From IMG/VR virus record IMGVR_UViG_3300046328_000221, positions 1-64,000 of that record: DNA of 64,000 nucleotides, one strand, 5' to 3'. Both the position numbers and the translations under genes were made by a program. The notes under the pieces are model-generated. The model ran no database searches. It was not told the DNA's origin and saw nothing but the letters and a program-made list of their open reading frames with translations. Source of the stretch: a virus. This document shows positions 1 through 7,984 of this stretch, in pieces (position 1 is the first letter of the stretch; each line of letters begins with the position of its first letter).

Positions 1-273
1 TCATTTGTTCTCTCCCTTGATAAGAGCAATCAGATGTTCTCCGTACCAGTTTTCAAAGTCTCCACAGGTGCAGCCAACAAAACCACCTTCAATACCTGCT
101 TCTGGCTCATGCGACTCCATCAGTCCAAAAATGCGTTCACGCTCATTGGTAATTGTCTTAGCTTTATATTTTGCTAACCAAAGGTCAAACATTCGGTTTG
201 CGTAAGTGCTATCTACTCTTTCGGCTGAGTATGCGTCACGCACATCTGCTGTTTTTGGTATAAGGTCACTCAT
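1..273 (-). CDS. hypothetical early protein (CxC motif; C-terminal LIALIKGENK shared with neighbour)
   Basis: ORF track; ATGA overlap with upstream ORF; tail ERIFGLME...LIKGENK resembles ERIIKLLE...LIKGETK of 270..518. Confidence 0.7.
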   Translation of the reverse strand: MSDLIPKTADVRDAYSAERVDSTYANRMFDLWLAKYKAKTITNERERIFGLMESHEPEAGIEGGFVGCTCGDFENWYGEHLIALIKGENK

Positions 274-518
274 TTTGTTTCTCCCTTGATAAGTTCAAGT
301 GCTAGGTTGATGCCGTCTTTAAGCGACCAAGCACCATCTTCTTCATAGTAGGCACCCTCAATGCTTTCTAAAAGTTTGATAATCCGCTCCTCGGCGTGTT
401 TCACACCTAACTGAAACTCTGATACCCCACAACATTCGCAAGGTTCGGTGAACTCTTTTGGTGGGTTATTGATGATGTTGTAAATGTGTGTGTCTTTGTT
501 GTTGTTATTTATACTCAT
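270..518 (-). CDS. hypothetical early protein (CECC motif)
   Basis: ORF track; overlapping starts/stops with neighbours. Confidence 0.7.
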   Translation of the reverse strand: MSINNNNKDTHIYNIINNPPKEFTEPCECCGVSEFQLGVKHAEERIIKLLESIEGAYYEEDGAWSLKDGINLALELIKGETK

Positions 519-736
519 TTCTTTTCCTCCGCTTTCCAGGTATCAATAAGGTCAATTGCCTCACAAAAACAAAAACCCTTTGTGTTGTGAGTTCCAATTG
601 TGCATTTGTTATTTTCTCGTAGCATTGCCATCAATTCCTCCTTGGCATACTCTGTGCCATTGAAAAACCCTGTATTGTATTCAGCCTCAATTGCTTTGCC
701 AATTACTTTGTTTTGTTCTTTTGTAAACTCAGACAT
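515..736 (-). CDS. hypothetical early protein
   Basis: ORF track; AAGGAG RBS upstream. Confidence 0.7.
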   Translation of the reverse strand: MSEFTKEQNKVIGKAIEAEYNTGFFNGTEYAKEELMAMLRENNKCTIGTHNTKGFCFCEAIDLIDTWKAEEKK

Positions 737-830
737 TTGTTTTCTCCTTACGGTAATCCATCCACTTGAAAAGCAGAATCAGCGGTGAAGCAAGGTATAG
801 CCCTGCAACCATTCCCCATAGAAATGTCAT
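729..830 (-). CDS. small membrane peptide (MTFLWGMVAGLYLASPLILLFKW...)
   Basis: Read manually; 33 aa, one hydrophobic helix; ATGA overlap with 827..967. Confidence 0.55.
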   Translation of the reverse strand: MTFLWGMVAGLYLASPLILLFKWMDYRKEKTNV

Positions 831-967
831 TCTGCAATCTCCTCTGGAAATAGAAAGTCCAAGAAACCCAATACTGCATCTTCTGCTAAGGCTTTATCTT
901 CTGGTGACTTCCAGTATGTCTTATTAATGTAATCGTATGCTTGTTCTGCTATTTGTTTTTCATTCAT
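827..967 (-). CDS. hypothetical early protein (46 aa, MNEKQIAEQAYD...)
   Basis: Read manually; preceded by ACCCTAAAAGAA leader motif and TGTCATAAT -10. Confidence 0.6.
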   Translation of the reverse strand: MNEKQIAEQAYDYINKTYWKSPEDKALAEDAVLGFLDFLFPEEIAE

Positions 968-1011
968 ATTGGGTTCCGTTCTTTTAGGGTTTATACTATT
1001 ATGACAGAGAC

Positions 1012-1530
1012 TTAGGCGTTTGTCAACTCTGATTTGAAAGAATTTAGATAAATTTCTGCGGTAGGTAGTTCATCTAAACTAAATGATTCCTCAAAGCCAT
1101 TCCACTTAGTAGTAAACTTACGTGTAGAGAAATCAATAGTATATACACCCTCACAGAATAGATCGTCATTCTCAAACTCTGATTCGTCCTGGAGAGGAAT
1201 AGTTGCATTAGAATAAACTAATACCCTCAAGATATCGCAGCCAGTATCTCTAGTTAGACTAGGATACATAATAGAAAAGTCTTGACCTTGCTCAAATGTC
1301 ATCATATCTTCATCATTTACAAATGGCTTAGAGAGTTCTGCAAGTTCTTCCTGTGTAGCAAATCTTGCCTTGACCAATGATTTCTCAATCTTATCAAGCA
1401 TCTTGTGTTCTGAAATGAAATCTAGAATCCTGGTTCCAGTATATGAAGGGTAGCCATCCCATTGGCCATACTGTGCAACACGAGTACGTCCAGTAGAGTC
1501 AATCACCTTAGTTAGATTGCGAGTTCCCAT
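1012..1530 (-). CDS. conserved phage protein (MGTR...YGQWDGYPSYTG type)
   Basis: ORF track; start moved to ATG at 1530 after AGAAAGG RBS; QWDGYP motif typical of phage early proteins. Confidence 0.75.
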   Translation of the reverse strand: MGTRNLTKVIDSTGRTRVAQYGQWDGYPSYTGTRILDFISEHKMLDKIEKSLVKARFATQEELAELSKPFVNDEDMMTFEQGQDFSIMYPSLTRDTGCDILRVLVYSNATIPLQDESEFENDDLFCEGVYTIDFSTRKFTTKWNGFEESFSLDELPTAEIYLNSFKSELTNA

Positions 1531-1649
1531 TGGAAACCTTTCTTTAGGGTTTTTTCGATACTCAATTCTCTCACAGATTCTGGGAAAAGTCAAGTACTAT
1601 CGTAATTGTTTTTTCTATCGTAATTATCTTATTATTATGTAAAGTGAGG

Positions 1650-1676
1650 CCGACCACATTCGATCAGCTTTGTCAA
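1650..1676 (-). repeat. TTGACA-N15-GGTCGG element E1
   Basis: plus strand CCGACC 1650-1655, 15 nt, TGTCAA 1671-1676. Confidence 0.85.
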
Positions 1677-1680
1677 TAGA

Positions 1681-1710
1681 AAAACCCCCAGAGTTTCCTC
1701 TGAGGGCTAA
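1681..1710 (-). terminator. intrinsic terminator
   Basis: minus strand CCCTCAGAG-GAAA-CTCTGGGGG then U-tract, just after stop of 1722..2738. Confidence 0.75.
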
Positions 1711-1721
1711 TCTATTTTTGA

Positions 1722-2738
1722 CTAAGCCATTACGACCTGACGAACAACTTTCATTAGGCGGTTCTTTTCAGCATTGGTCATTGGGTCAAAACCACTAGCA
1801 CTTGCCAAGATAGATTCGTTAGAACCCTTACGCCCATTGCGATACCAATCCAAGCGTTCCGTTAGAGCGTTATAAGCACCCCAAGCAGTTCCTGAAATGG
1901 TGTCGTTGAATTGACCAACATAAATGTCATTGAGCAAGTCAATCTTAGTTGCGTGTTTGGTGTTTGACGCTTTTGCGTTTTCATCTTTTGGAGCAGGATA
2001 AGCAAGTTCAACAATCTTGTCGAATTGTGCTTTGGTAATTTCTGTTTCAATCATCTCATTAGCCATAGCAGAAAACTCGTCAATGTATTTGTGAGCCAAG
2101 CCCAACGCTTCACGAGCAACAGCAATCTTGCCCTCTGCTGTCTGTGTGTGTCTAATCTTGAATGTCTGCTTAGGAGCGTTCTTGCCCTTTAGAGAAGTCA
2201 AAGCCAAGTTTAGAGTGTTAGCACAAACAACACGAACAGGAGTGATACTTGCCTGAATAGCAATCGAACCGTCGTGTGAAGTATTGACAAGCAAGTAGTT
2301 GTCAATCTTATCAGCAACGCCATTTGGGTCAAGGGTAATTGAATTGGTCAATGCGATAGCACCAAAGACAACACGCCCACCACGAATAGAGCCAGCAGTT
2401 TCCCAACGTCCACCACCGTCTAGCAGGTTATCACCAAACGAGAATAGGTCTTCGTTCTGTAATGGAACATAGCGTTCACCAACGACACCAAGAATGTCAT
2501 TTGTGCTACGGTCAAAAGGGTTAGTCCTAGTCACGAATGAATAGTTCTTGTCGCTGTTGAAACCCTCTGGAGTTTCTACGTCCTCAAGGCGAACGTTCCA
2601 ATCGTTTAGTTTTGCCAAAGACAACATCTGTGCTGTGTCTACCTCATCAGCAAAGACTGTTCCCAATCCATGCCAAGCAGGTTGGCGAAGTGAAGCAAAT
2701 GCTGTTTCGCCGTTTACTGTTTCTAAGTCGTGAGCCAT
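1722..2738 (-). CDS. DUF932-like phage/plasmid protein
   Basis: MAHDLET start; PAWHGLG, VGERYVPLQN, WETAGSIRGGRVVF, NTSHDGS, TPVRVVCANTL, GTAWGAYNALTE motifs. Confidence 0.85.
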   Translation of the reverse strand: MAHDLETVNGETAFASLRQPAWHGLGTVFADEVDTAQMLSLAKLNDWNVRLEDVETPEGFNSDKNYSFVTRTNPFDRSTNDILGVVGERYVPLQNEDLFSFGDNLLDGGGRWETAGSIRGGRVVFGAIALTNSITLDPNGVADKIDNYLLVNTSHDGSIAIQASITPVRVVCANTLNLALTSLKGKNAPKQTFKIRHTQTAEGKIAVAREALGLAHKYIDEFSAMANEMIETEITKAQFDKIVELAYPAPKDENAKASNTKHATKIDLLNDIYVGQFNDTISGTAWGAYNALTERLDWYRNGRKGSNESILASASGFDPMTNAEKNRLMKVVRQVVMA

Positions 2739-2780
2739 AGGAGCCAACTTTCTTTTTAGGGGTGAATGTTTAGTAAGACT

Positions 2781-2809
2781 ATTATCCCACGAACCACTGA
2801 CAATGTCAA
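2781..2809 (-). promoter_or_regulatory. sigma70-type promoter with internal TGTC box
   Basis: minus strand TTGACA-17nt-GATAAT, with TGTC 12 nt before the -10. Confidence 0.75.
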
Positions 2810-2854
2810 GCGTATTTAGATAATTATTTGGGGAAAAATAGATCGTGTCGTAAC

Positions 2855-2881
2855 TTGACATCTGATCCAAGATCTGGTCGG
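2855..2881 (+). repeat. TTGACA-N15-GGTCGG element E2
   Basis: TTGACA 2855-2860, GGTCGG 2876-2881. Confidence 0.85.
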
Positions 2882-2892
2882 CCCCGAAGGGG

Positions 2893-2920
2893 GGCCAGTT
2901 TTACATCATGGCCAGGATGT
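2893..2920 (-). ncRNA. candidate H-type RNA pseudoknot
   Basis: minus strand ACAUC-CU-GGCCA-U-GAUGU-AAAAC-UGGCC gives two interlocking 5-bp stems. Confidence 0.45.
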
Positions 2921-2929
2921 TTCATACCA

Positions 2930-3103
2930 CTATGAAAATAGTGGACGTGTTAGTTTTTCAAGGTTATCTAGTTTATCAATATACTCTTCAAGTACATCAC
3001 GCATGTACCCTGCACTAACGTGTGCACTGTGGCTTGCAATATATTCATCGTGAAGCTCCACAGAATATTGTCTAATTAGTTTATTTAGTTTACGTTTACT
3101 CAT
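2930..3103 (-). CDS. hypothetical early protein
   Basis: ORF track; start moved to MSKRKLN. Confidence 0.6.
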   Translation of the reverse strand: MSKRKLNKLIRQYSVELHDEYIASHSAHVSAGYMRDVLEEYIDKLDNLEKLTRPLFS

Positions 3104-3281
3104 CTTCTTCTTCCTCATCTGGAACCTCTTCAACATCAATAGAGACAACATCTTGATATGTGATATCGCTATCCATGCTGTCTCCCCATGATTCCCATGC
3201 TAGGGCTTCTGCTGCTTCTTTAGATTCCGCTTCAATCTCTCCAGCAAATTCAATTGTCATTTCAATATAAAACTTTGGCAT
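3096..3281 (-). CDS. small acidic early protein
   Basis: ORF track; EIEAESKEAAEALA motif common in small phage proteins. Confidence 0.7.
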   Translation of the reverse strand: MPKFYIEMTIEFAGEIEAESKEAAEALAWESWGDSMDSDITYQDVVSIDVEEVPDEEEEDE

Positions 3282-3484
3282 TAATCCATCTCTCCGTCGT
3301 AGTATTTGTGTGAACAGTCAACACACATCTTTAGTTCTTCAAACCATATGTCATGGTCAACAGGTGTTTGGCAATAGACACAAGGTCGTGTCTCTGTGTA
3401 TTTATATTCTTGGTCACCCTCGCAAATATCGCAAAAGGGATTACAGTCAAAGCCACCTTCGTGGACTGGGCATTCAATCATCAT
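3281..3484 (-). CDS. Cys-rich (Zn-binding) early protein, probably leaderless
   Basis: CPVH..CNPFCDIC..CVYC..CVDC; ATG 7 nt after TAGAAT -10. Confidence 0.7.
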   Translation of the reverse strand: MMIECPVHEGGFDCNPFCDICEGDQEYKYTETRPCVYCQTPVDHDIWFEELKMCVDCSHKYYDGEMD

Positions 3485-3515
3485 ACCCACAATTCTATCC
3501 TGAGCCTCTGACATT

Positions 3516-3704
3516 TTAGCAACTCCCATCTGTAGGAATACGTTCTTCTGGTACGCCCATCATACGCAATACAGTTTGAGTTCTTTCAATAACACCCTGT
3601 ATATAATCACCCATTGGGTCGTTTATGGAAAGGGTATCAAGTTCAGGAATCAATTCTTCAAGGTCAATAATCAACCTATTGATAATAGCCTCATTACTCA
3701 TCAT
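3516..3704 (-). CDS. hypothetical early protein
   Basis: ORF track; start shortened to MMSNEAI. Confidence 0.6.
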   Translation of the reverse strand: MMSNEAIINRLIIDLEELIPELDTLSINDPMGDYIQGVIERTQTVLRMMGVPEERIPTDGSC

Positions 3705-3873
3705 AGCCATGTCCGTTCTGTAGAATGTAAATAAATTCAAGGGCCTCAAGGAATCCTTCATTGTATTTTCTATCCATAGTGTGGTCTATGTCATAGCCAG
3801 ATAGTTCTTCATTGTTGACAGACATTGCTAAAGATAGACGAGCCAACTCAATTTGCTTTTCTAATTCATTCAT
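3694..3873 (-). CDS. hypothetical early protein, probably leaderless
   Basis: MNELEKQ start 7 nt after TACAAT -10. Confidence 0.6.
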   Translation of the reverse strand: MNELEKQIELARLSLAMSVNNEELSGYDIDHTMDRKYNEGFLEALEFIYILQNGHGYDE

Positions 3874-3904
3874 AGATACCATTGTAGTCATACCCTCTGA
3901 CATT

Positions 3905-4099
3905 TTAGTCCTCCCACTCAGATACATCTTGGCCATTCAAAACGGCATTGGCATAATCGTAGCGGTCGTTATCGCTCAGGGTACCTAGTAGTTCCATCTG
4001 CTCCTCAGTGAAAGCGTCGTGGTCAGCAATAATAATCTTGCCACCACCATAGTTGCCATCCTCAGAAAAGTACAAACCATCGTATTCAACATAAGCCAT
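3905..4099 (-). CDS. small acidic early protein
   Basis: ORF track; AAGGAG RBS. Confidence 0.7.
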   Translation of the reverse strand: MAYVEYDGLYFSEDGNYGGGKIIIADHDAFTEEQMELLGTLSDNDRYDYANAVLNGQDVSEWED

Positions 4100-4215
4100 T
4101 AGTTATTCTCCTTTACGCAATCGCATTCTTGAACCATTAGTTTACCATTGACCACTGACACTACACCAAACTCATTACAGGTTTCGCAAAAGTGGATAGA
4201 CAAATTGCCTTGCAT
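4099..4215 (-). CDS. small Zn-ribbon-like protein (CETC...CDC)
   Basis: start moved to MQGNLS after AGAAAGG RBS. Confidence 0.6.
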   Translation of the reverse strand: MQGNLSIHFCETCNEFGVVSVVNGKLMVQECDCVKENN

Positions 4216-4315
4216 AGGGGTTCCTTTCTTTATACCTCTATTGTATAACAGGGGTACGACATTTTGGGGAACGTAAAGGGCGTGTCTTAAAGTTGTTATT
4301 GTTTTGTTATCTGAG

Positions 4316-4342
4316 CCGACCACAAAATGGATCAGTTGTCAA
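4316..4342 (-). repeat. TTGACA-N15-GGTCGG element E3
   Basis: CCGACC 4316-4321, TGTCAA 4337-4342. Confidence 0.85.
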
Positions 4343-4364
4343 GCTGCCAAGATCAGGGCAAAAG

Positions 4365-4395
4365 AAAAACCCCTACCATTTCTGATAGGGGCTAA
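4365..4395 (-). terminator. intrinsic terminator, paralogous to 1681-1710
   Basis: minus strand GCCCCTATCA-GAAA-TGGTAGGGGT then U-tract; same AGATTAGCCC lead-in. Confidence 0.75.
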
Positions 4396-4406
4396 TCTTA
4401 TTTTAT

Positions 4407-4853
4407 TTAGATAAGGTCAATCACAGCAGAGTATGAACTTGCTGAAACTTCCTCTTGGGTAGTCATACGCAAGATACGCAAGTTGCGTTCTAGGATTTCC
4501 TTACGAGTTGTGTATTCACGACCAAAACTTTCTTTCTGATTTGGGCGTGTTGGTTCTGTTGGCTTGGTTGGGAAACCTAGCACATCAGTATCAAACTCAA
4601 CAGAGATAGAGTTGTAGCGGTATGAAGAGGTTAGACGAGCAGGTGAAGAACTATCAGTTCCAATGTTGTCAGGGTTGCTTAGGGCTTCCTTAGCCTTAGT
4701 CAATACCTCAGCCTCATACGCCTTTACTTCTTCCTTGTATGTCTTTACTGCCTCAGAGTAGTTAGCAACCTCTTCGTCAATCTTAGCAATAGACTTCTCA
4801 ATGTCAGCGATTAGAGATGAGGTTGGGATTTTTACAGACAGGGTTCTAGCCAT
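4407..4853 (-). CDS. coiled-coil early protein
   Basis: ORF track; ACCCCTAAAAGAAAG leader and TGTC promoter upstream. Confidence 0.8.
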   Translation of the reverse strand: MARTLSVKIPTSSLIADIEKSIAKIDEEVANYSEAVKTYKEEVKAYEAEVLTKAKEALSNPDNIGTDSSSPARLTSSYRYNSISVEFDTDVLGFPTKPTEPTRPNQKESFGREYTTRKEILERNLRILRMTTQEEVSASSYSAVIDLI

Positions 4854-5007
4854 AATTAGACTTCTTTCTTTTAGGGGTATTTGTTTATTACTTGATTATT
4901 GTATCAGAGGGGTCTGACATTTTAGTTGCTAGGTGAGAGCCTTACATCTACTTCTAGAATAACTCATCTTGTGCTTTGTAGAAACCTAACAAACTAAAAT
5001 TAGTTTA

Positions 5008-5154
5008 TTACTTTACAGTAGTCCAGCGGTCTTGTCCGTTCACCAAAAGGCGAACACGAGCAGAACCAGACTTGTTCTTTACGATTTCCTGAATTGTTCC
5101 TACAACGCCAGACTTAGCGGTGGTGAACTGTGAGCCAACAGTTAGAGTGTTCAT
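5008..5154 (-). CDS. small beta-barrel (SH3-like) protein MNTLTVGSQFTTAKSGVVGTIQEIV...RWTTVK
   Basis: Read manually; 48 aa; AGAAG RBS; downstream of TTGACA-17-TATAAT promoter. Confidence 0.7.
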   Translation of the reverse strand: MNTLTVGSQFTTAKSGVVGTIQEIVKNKSGSARVRLLVNGQDRWTTVK

Positions 5155-5228
5155 TTTTGCTTCTTTCCGATACAGAGTATCTTGTTTGCTAGTGATTTCT
5201 AGTTATTTACAACTTTTGTTGTATCTCT

Positions 5229-5257
5229 ATTATAGGGCTACCCTACGACATTGTCAA
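5229..5257 (-). promoter_or_regulatory. consensus sigma70 promoter with TGTC box
   Basis: minus strand TTGACA-ATGTCGTAGGGTAGCCC-TATAAT. Confidence 0.85.
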
Positions 5258-5325
5258 GTGTTTTGGCATAATTTCTTTTGTGGATTTTCACAAACTTTTT
5301 GGGGATTTTTTGTGCGTGTCGTAAG

Positions 5326-5352
5326 TTGACTGGGGATCAAGAATGTGGTCGG
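5326..5352 (+). repeat. TTGACT-N15-GGTCGG element E4
   Basis: TTGACT 5326-5331, GGTCGG 5347-5352. Confidence 0.85.
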
Positions 5353-5356
5353 CCCC

Positions 5357-5505
5357 CTATCGCCAATTAAAAATTACAGCAAGAATAATTATTCCAACTA
5401 GAATAAAGAATGGTCCTGCAAAAATTATGCAGCCTAAGTCCATTGCTCCTATTGCAGGATAATCACTATCGCTATTGTCAACACTACCCATAAAAAGTAC
5501 TCCAT
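5357..5505 (-). CDS. two tandem tiny hydrophobic peptides (5449..5505 MEYFLWVVLTIAIVIILQ; 5357..5443 MDLGCIIFAGPFFILVGIIILAVIFNWR)
   Basis: Read manually; co-oriented, each one transmembrane length; AGGAG before the second. Confidence 0.45.
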
Positions 5506-5506
5506 C

Positions 5507-5698
5507 CTATTTACCATTATCCCATACAACTTCTGAACAGTCAACACACTCAATTGCAATATTGATACCGCCATAAGTCACTGCGGTTAGGTCATGGTGA
5601 AAGTGTTCTTTTACACGTCCCTCTATCCAATCACTCTCATATCGCATACCTGCACTAAACACTTCTGGATTTTCTTGGTAGGCCTTCAACTTTTCCAT
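5507..5698 (-). CDS. hypothetical early protein (NIAIECVDCSEVV)
   Basis: ORF track; TAATG coupling to upstream gene. Confidence 0.7.
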   Translation of the reverse strand: MEKLKAYQENPEVFSAGMRYESDWIEGRVKEHFHHDLTAVTYGGINIAIECVDCSEVVWDNGK

Positions 5699-6219
5699 TA
5701 CTCTGCACTTCCTCTAATGATAATCCAAATAAGTGCCTGCATTGAGCGTGGTGTCATTCCAAATTCGAATGCAACCTTTTTTACTGCATTAGCCAATTCG
5801 TTATAGGTTGACTGATTAGGTGTTTTCTTTTCAATACCAACTGCTCTCAACATCCATACGTCAATTACTACGGCCTGCTCATCACCTGCAATAGCCTTAG
5901 CGAATGCATTAGTTTTCATTCCCTTTAGTGCACTGAATCCCATAGTCAAAGAATTGTTAGCCATAGTCATGTTGTTTTTGAATCCTGGTACATGTTCACC
6001 TAGTGAGAAACTAATAGCCTTAGTGACATTGGCAGACCAACGTTCACGAGGTGAGAATGCACTAACAACACTTGCACCAACTTCAAGATAGGTGTCTAGG
6101 TTCCTTGCAACTTCAAGTGCAACCTTTTCTGCGTCAACATACCATTTACTGGCCTGCTCTACTTGTCCAAAGGTTGCCTTGCTTACTAGTGCACGATAGA
6201 TTTCTACGTAGTTAGTCAT
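5698..6219 (-). CDS. conserved phage protein with SAFSP..W..N / KTNAF / VVIDVW motifs, possibly HhH-GPD glycosylase-related
   Basis: ORF track; VVIDVWMLR and C-terminal 'QALIW' resemble the HhH-GPD catalytic region; function inferred. Confidence 0.6.
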   Translation of the reverse strand: MTNYVEIYRALVSKATFGQVEQASKWYVDAEKVALEVARNLDTYLEVGASVVSAFSPRERWSANVTKAISFSLGEHVPGFKNNMTMANNSLTMGFSALKGMKTNAFAKAIAGDEQAVVIDVWMLRAVGIEKKTPNQSTYNELANAVKKVAFEFGMTPRSMQALIWIIIRGSAE

Positions 6220-6273
6220 GGTGACTTCTTTCTTTAGGGGTTGATAAGATAAGTTTACTACAGGGGTACGACA

Positions 6274-6396
6274 TTATAGGAATTCGAATGGATCCCGATC
6301 TTGGAATATTTCCTCAAAGTCATAGAGTGAGTACGCTTCTGGATTAGCGTAGTAGTCTTGCAAAGCTTCTTTTATTTCCTCTGCTTGTTCATCCAT
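6274..6396 (-). CDS. small acidic protein (40 aa)
   Basis: Read manually; GAGG RBS; stop abuts next TGTC promoter box. Confidence 0.6.
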   Translation of the reverse strand: MDEQAEEIKEALQDYYANPEAYSLYDFEEIFQDRDPFEFL

Positions 6397-6397
6397 G

Positions 6398-6697
6398 TTA
6401 GTATTCCTCTCCGCTTATGAATCCCTCAATACGAGTATTCTCAACAACCTGCATTGCGGTCACTTCAATACTTCCGTCACGATTACGAACTTGGAAGTCA
6501 CCAATTTTTGGCAGGGTAAGCATACGATAGTAGTCACCGTCATCATAGGCGTGAATCGCTTCAACACATACGTCAACCATTTCAATTGGAATAGGTGGAT
6601 AACAATTTCCTCTAAGGTGCATGCCAACTGCATCTCTCAAGGTCACGTTAGGGAATAGGTCATTGTCTTGAATCTCTGCTACAAAGTTGCTGCCCAT
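6398..6697 (-). CDS. hypothetical early protein (HLRGNCYPPIP)
   Basis: ORF track. Confidence 0.75.
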   Translation of the reverse strand: MGSNFVAEIQDNDLFPNVTLRDAVGMHLRGNCYPPIPIEMVDVCVEAIHAYDDGDYYRMLTLPKIGDFQVRNRDGSIEVTAMQVVENTRIEGFISGEEY

Positions 6698-6792
6698 TAG
6701 TATCCTGCCTTCTCTAGAATTGATAGAATTTGTTCAATAGTGTCGCTATCAAGGTTATCAATAGCCGCTTCGTTGATTACGTTTTCAAACAT
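6697..6792 (-). CDS. small acidic protein (31 aa)
   Basis: Read manually; TTGACA-17-TATACT promoter at 6824-6852. Confidence 0.6.
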   Translation of the reverse strand: MFENVINEAAIDNLDSDTIEQILSILEKAGY

Positions 6793-6838
6793 GCAACTCA
6801 TTTCTTTTGGGGTTATTAGTATTAGTATAAACTATTTG

Positions 6839-6991
6839 TTAGTAATTGTCAAGGGCCTTACGCTTATTTTCTGAGCGTGTCCCCTTGTATTTTTTAGGCA
6901 CGACAACTTGCTTCTTGCCAGCCTTTAGCATAGAGTGGAATAACGCTTGGCTCTCTGCCTTGCGTCTTGCTTCATTTCTTTTACCTAACAT
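6839..6991 (-). CDS. small basic protein (50 aa), probably leaderless
   Basis: Read manually; K/R-rich; ATG 6 nt after TAAGAT -10. Confidence 0.6.
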   Translation of the reverse strand: MLGKRNEARRKAESQALFHSMLKAGKKQVVVPKKYKGTRSENKRKALDNY

Positions 6992-7057
6992 ACAACTATC
7001 TTAGCATTACCCTATGACATTTTGGGAAATTGGGGCAAATTTCTTAATTAACGTAAT

Positions 7058-7107
7058 TTGACATTTGATCAAAAATGGGGCCGACCACACCTGCCAGCTT
7101 TTGTCAA
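7058..7107. repeat. element E5, double-armed: TTGACA-N17-CCGACC-N15-TGTCAA
   Basis: inverted TTGACA/TGTCAA arms around the asymmetric core. Confidence 0.85.
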
Positions 7108-7125
7108 GCCAGCAAGTGGGTGTGT

Positions 7126-7239
7126 CTAAAACGGTGGGGTATCTTTTTCAATCCAACCTGCCATTTTCCAAAGAATGTATCCCTGCATTATGTTGAAAGC
7201 CAAAGATAGAATTAGTGCTAGTGTTAGAATGTTTTCCAT
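7126..7239 (-). CDS. small membrane peptide (37 aa)
   Basis: Read manually; MENILTLALILSLAFNIMQGYILW. Confidence 0.55.
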   Translation of the reverse strand: MENILTLALILSLAFNIMQGYILWKMAGWIEKDTPPF

Positions 7240-7409
7240 TAGTTCCCCTTTACAGCATTACGGAATCGAATCTCATCAAAGCGTGAGTTATCATTTTTGA
7301 ACATAGAAACAAAATCACTAACCATTTTTGAAAATAATGCTGGGTGTGTTTTGTCGCTTGCGTAGTTTAGAATCTTTGCGGTTTCGACATAGTCTTTGCG
7401 TGTCATCAT
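7239..7409 (-). CDS. conserved small phage protein (MTRKDY...NSRFDEIRF)
   Basis: Read manually; MTRKDY and NxRFD motifs recur in phage early proteins; AAGGA RBS. Confidence 0.75.
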   Translation of the reverse strand: MMTRKDYVETAKILNYASDKTHPALFSKMVSDFVSMFKNDNSRFDEIRFRNAVKGN

Positions 7410-7421
7410 TATTTTCTATCC

Positions 7422-7574
7422 TTAGTTTTTGTGAGCGAGTGAAAAGGTAAAGTAGCCCTCAAAGTGTGGGCTTGGGATTTTGTGGTGAAACATAGGCATT
7501 AGGTTTAGGTTGTTAGCCATTAGACCCAATCCACCGCATACCTCGCAAGGTGTTAGTTCTTCATCTGAATACAT
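7422..7574 (-). CDS. small protein with CEVCGGLG motif
   Basis: Read manually; AAGGG RBS; TGTC promoter upstream. Confidence 0.55.
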   Translation of the reverse strand: MYSDEELTPCEVCGGLGLMANNLNLMPMFHHKIPSPHFEGYFTFSLAHKN

Positions 7575-7623
7575 AGGTTTTCCCTTCTTAGTTGTTTTTA
7601 GTTTAGCATTACCCTACGACATT

Positions 7624-7767
7624 TTAGAATGTCTTGTTTAGGTGTAGGTTCACCCATTTTTGCCACATAGGGCCAGGCATATCGTTAGGCTTTACCCCTG
7701 CGTGAATGACCTTTAGCATTTTGTTGTAAAAGTCTTTTTCTGATTCTGTCATTCTTGGCTTTGGCAT
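7624..7767 (-). CDS. hypothetical early protein (47 aa)
   Basis: Read manually; AGAAAGGG RBS; own TGTC promoter. Confidence 0.6.
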   Translation of the reverse strand: MPKPRMTESEKDFYNKMLKVIHAGVKPNDMPGPMWQKWVNLHLNKTF

Positions 7768-7819
7768 TAGTTGCCCTTTCTTTGTTTGTTAGTTTATTTT
7801 AGCAGAGGGGTCTGACATT

Positions 7820-7984
7820 TTAGCGGTAGCCATAGCCTAGGTATTCTGCGAAATCAACAGGGTCTAAGTCTAGGTAAGTGATAGCACTAGCCAACGGCAT
7901 TAGTCCGTCAAGTTCATCACAGGTAGGGCATACAACAGTATCGCTAGTGAAAACACCCTCGCAGTAAACACACATTTTATCCAT
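7820..7984 (-). CDS. Zn-ribbon protein (CVYC...CPTC)
   Basis: Read manually; GAAAGG RBS; own TGTC promoter. Confidence 0.65.
   Translation of the reverse strand: MDKMCVYCEGVFTSDTVVCPTCDELDGLMPLASAITYLDLDPVDFAEYLGYGYR

Noticed and set aside
4921-5000. Hammerhead or twister ribozyme
   Set aside because: No CUGANGA core or recognisable twister pseudoknots.
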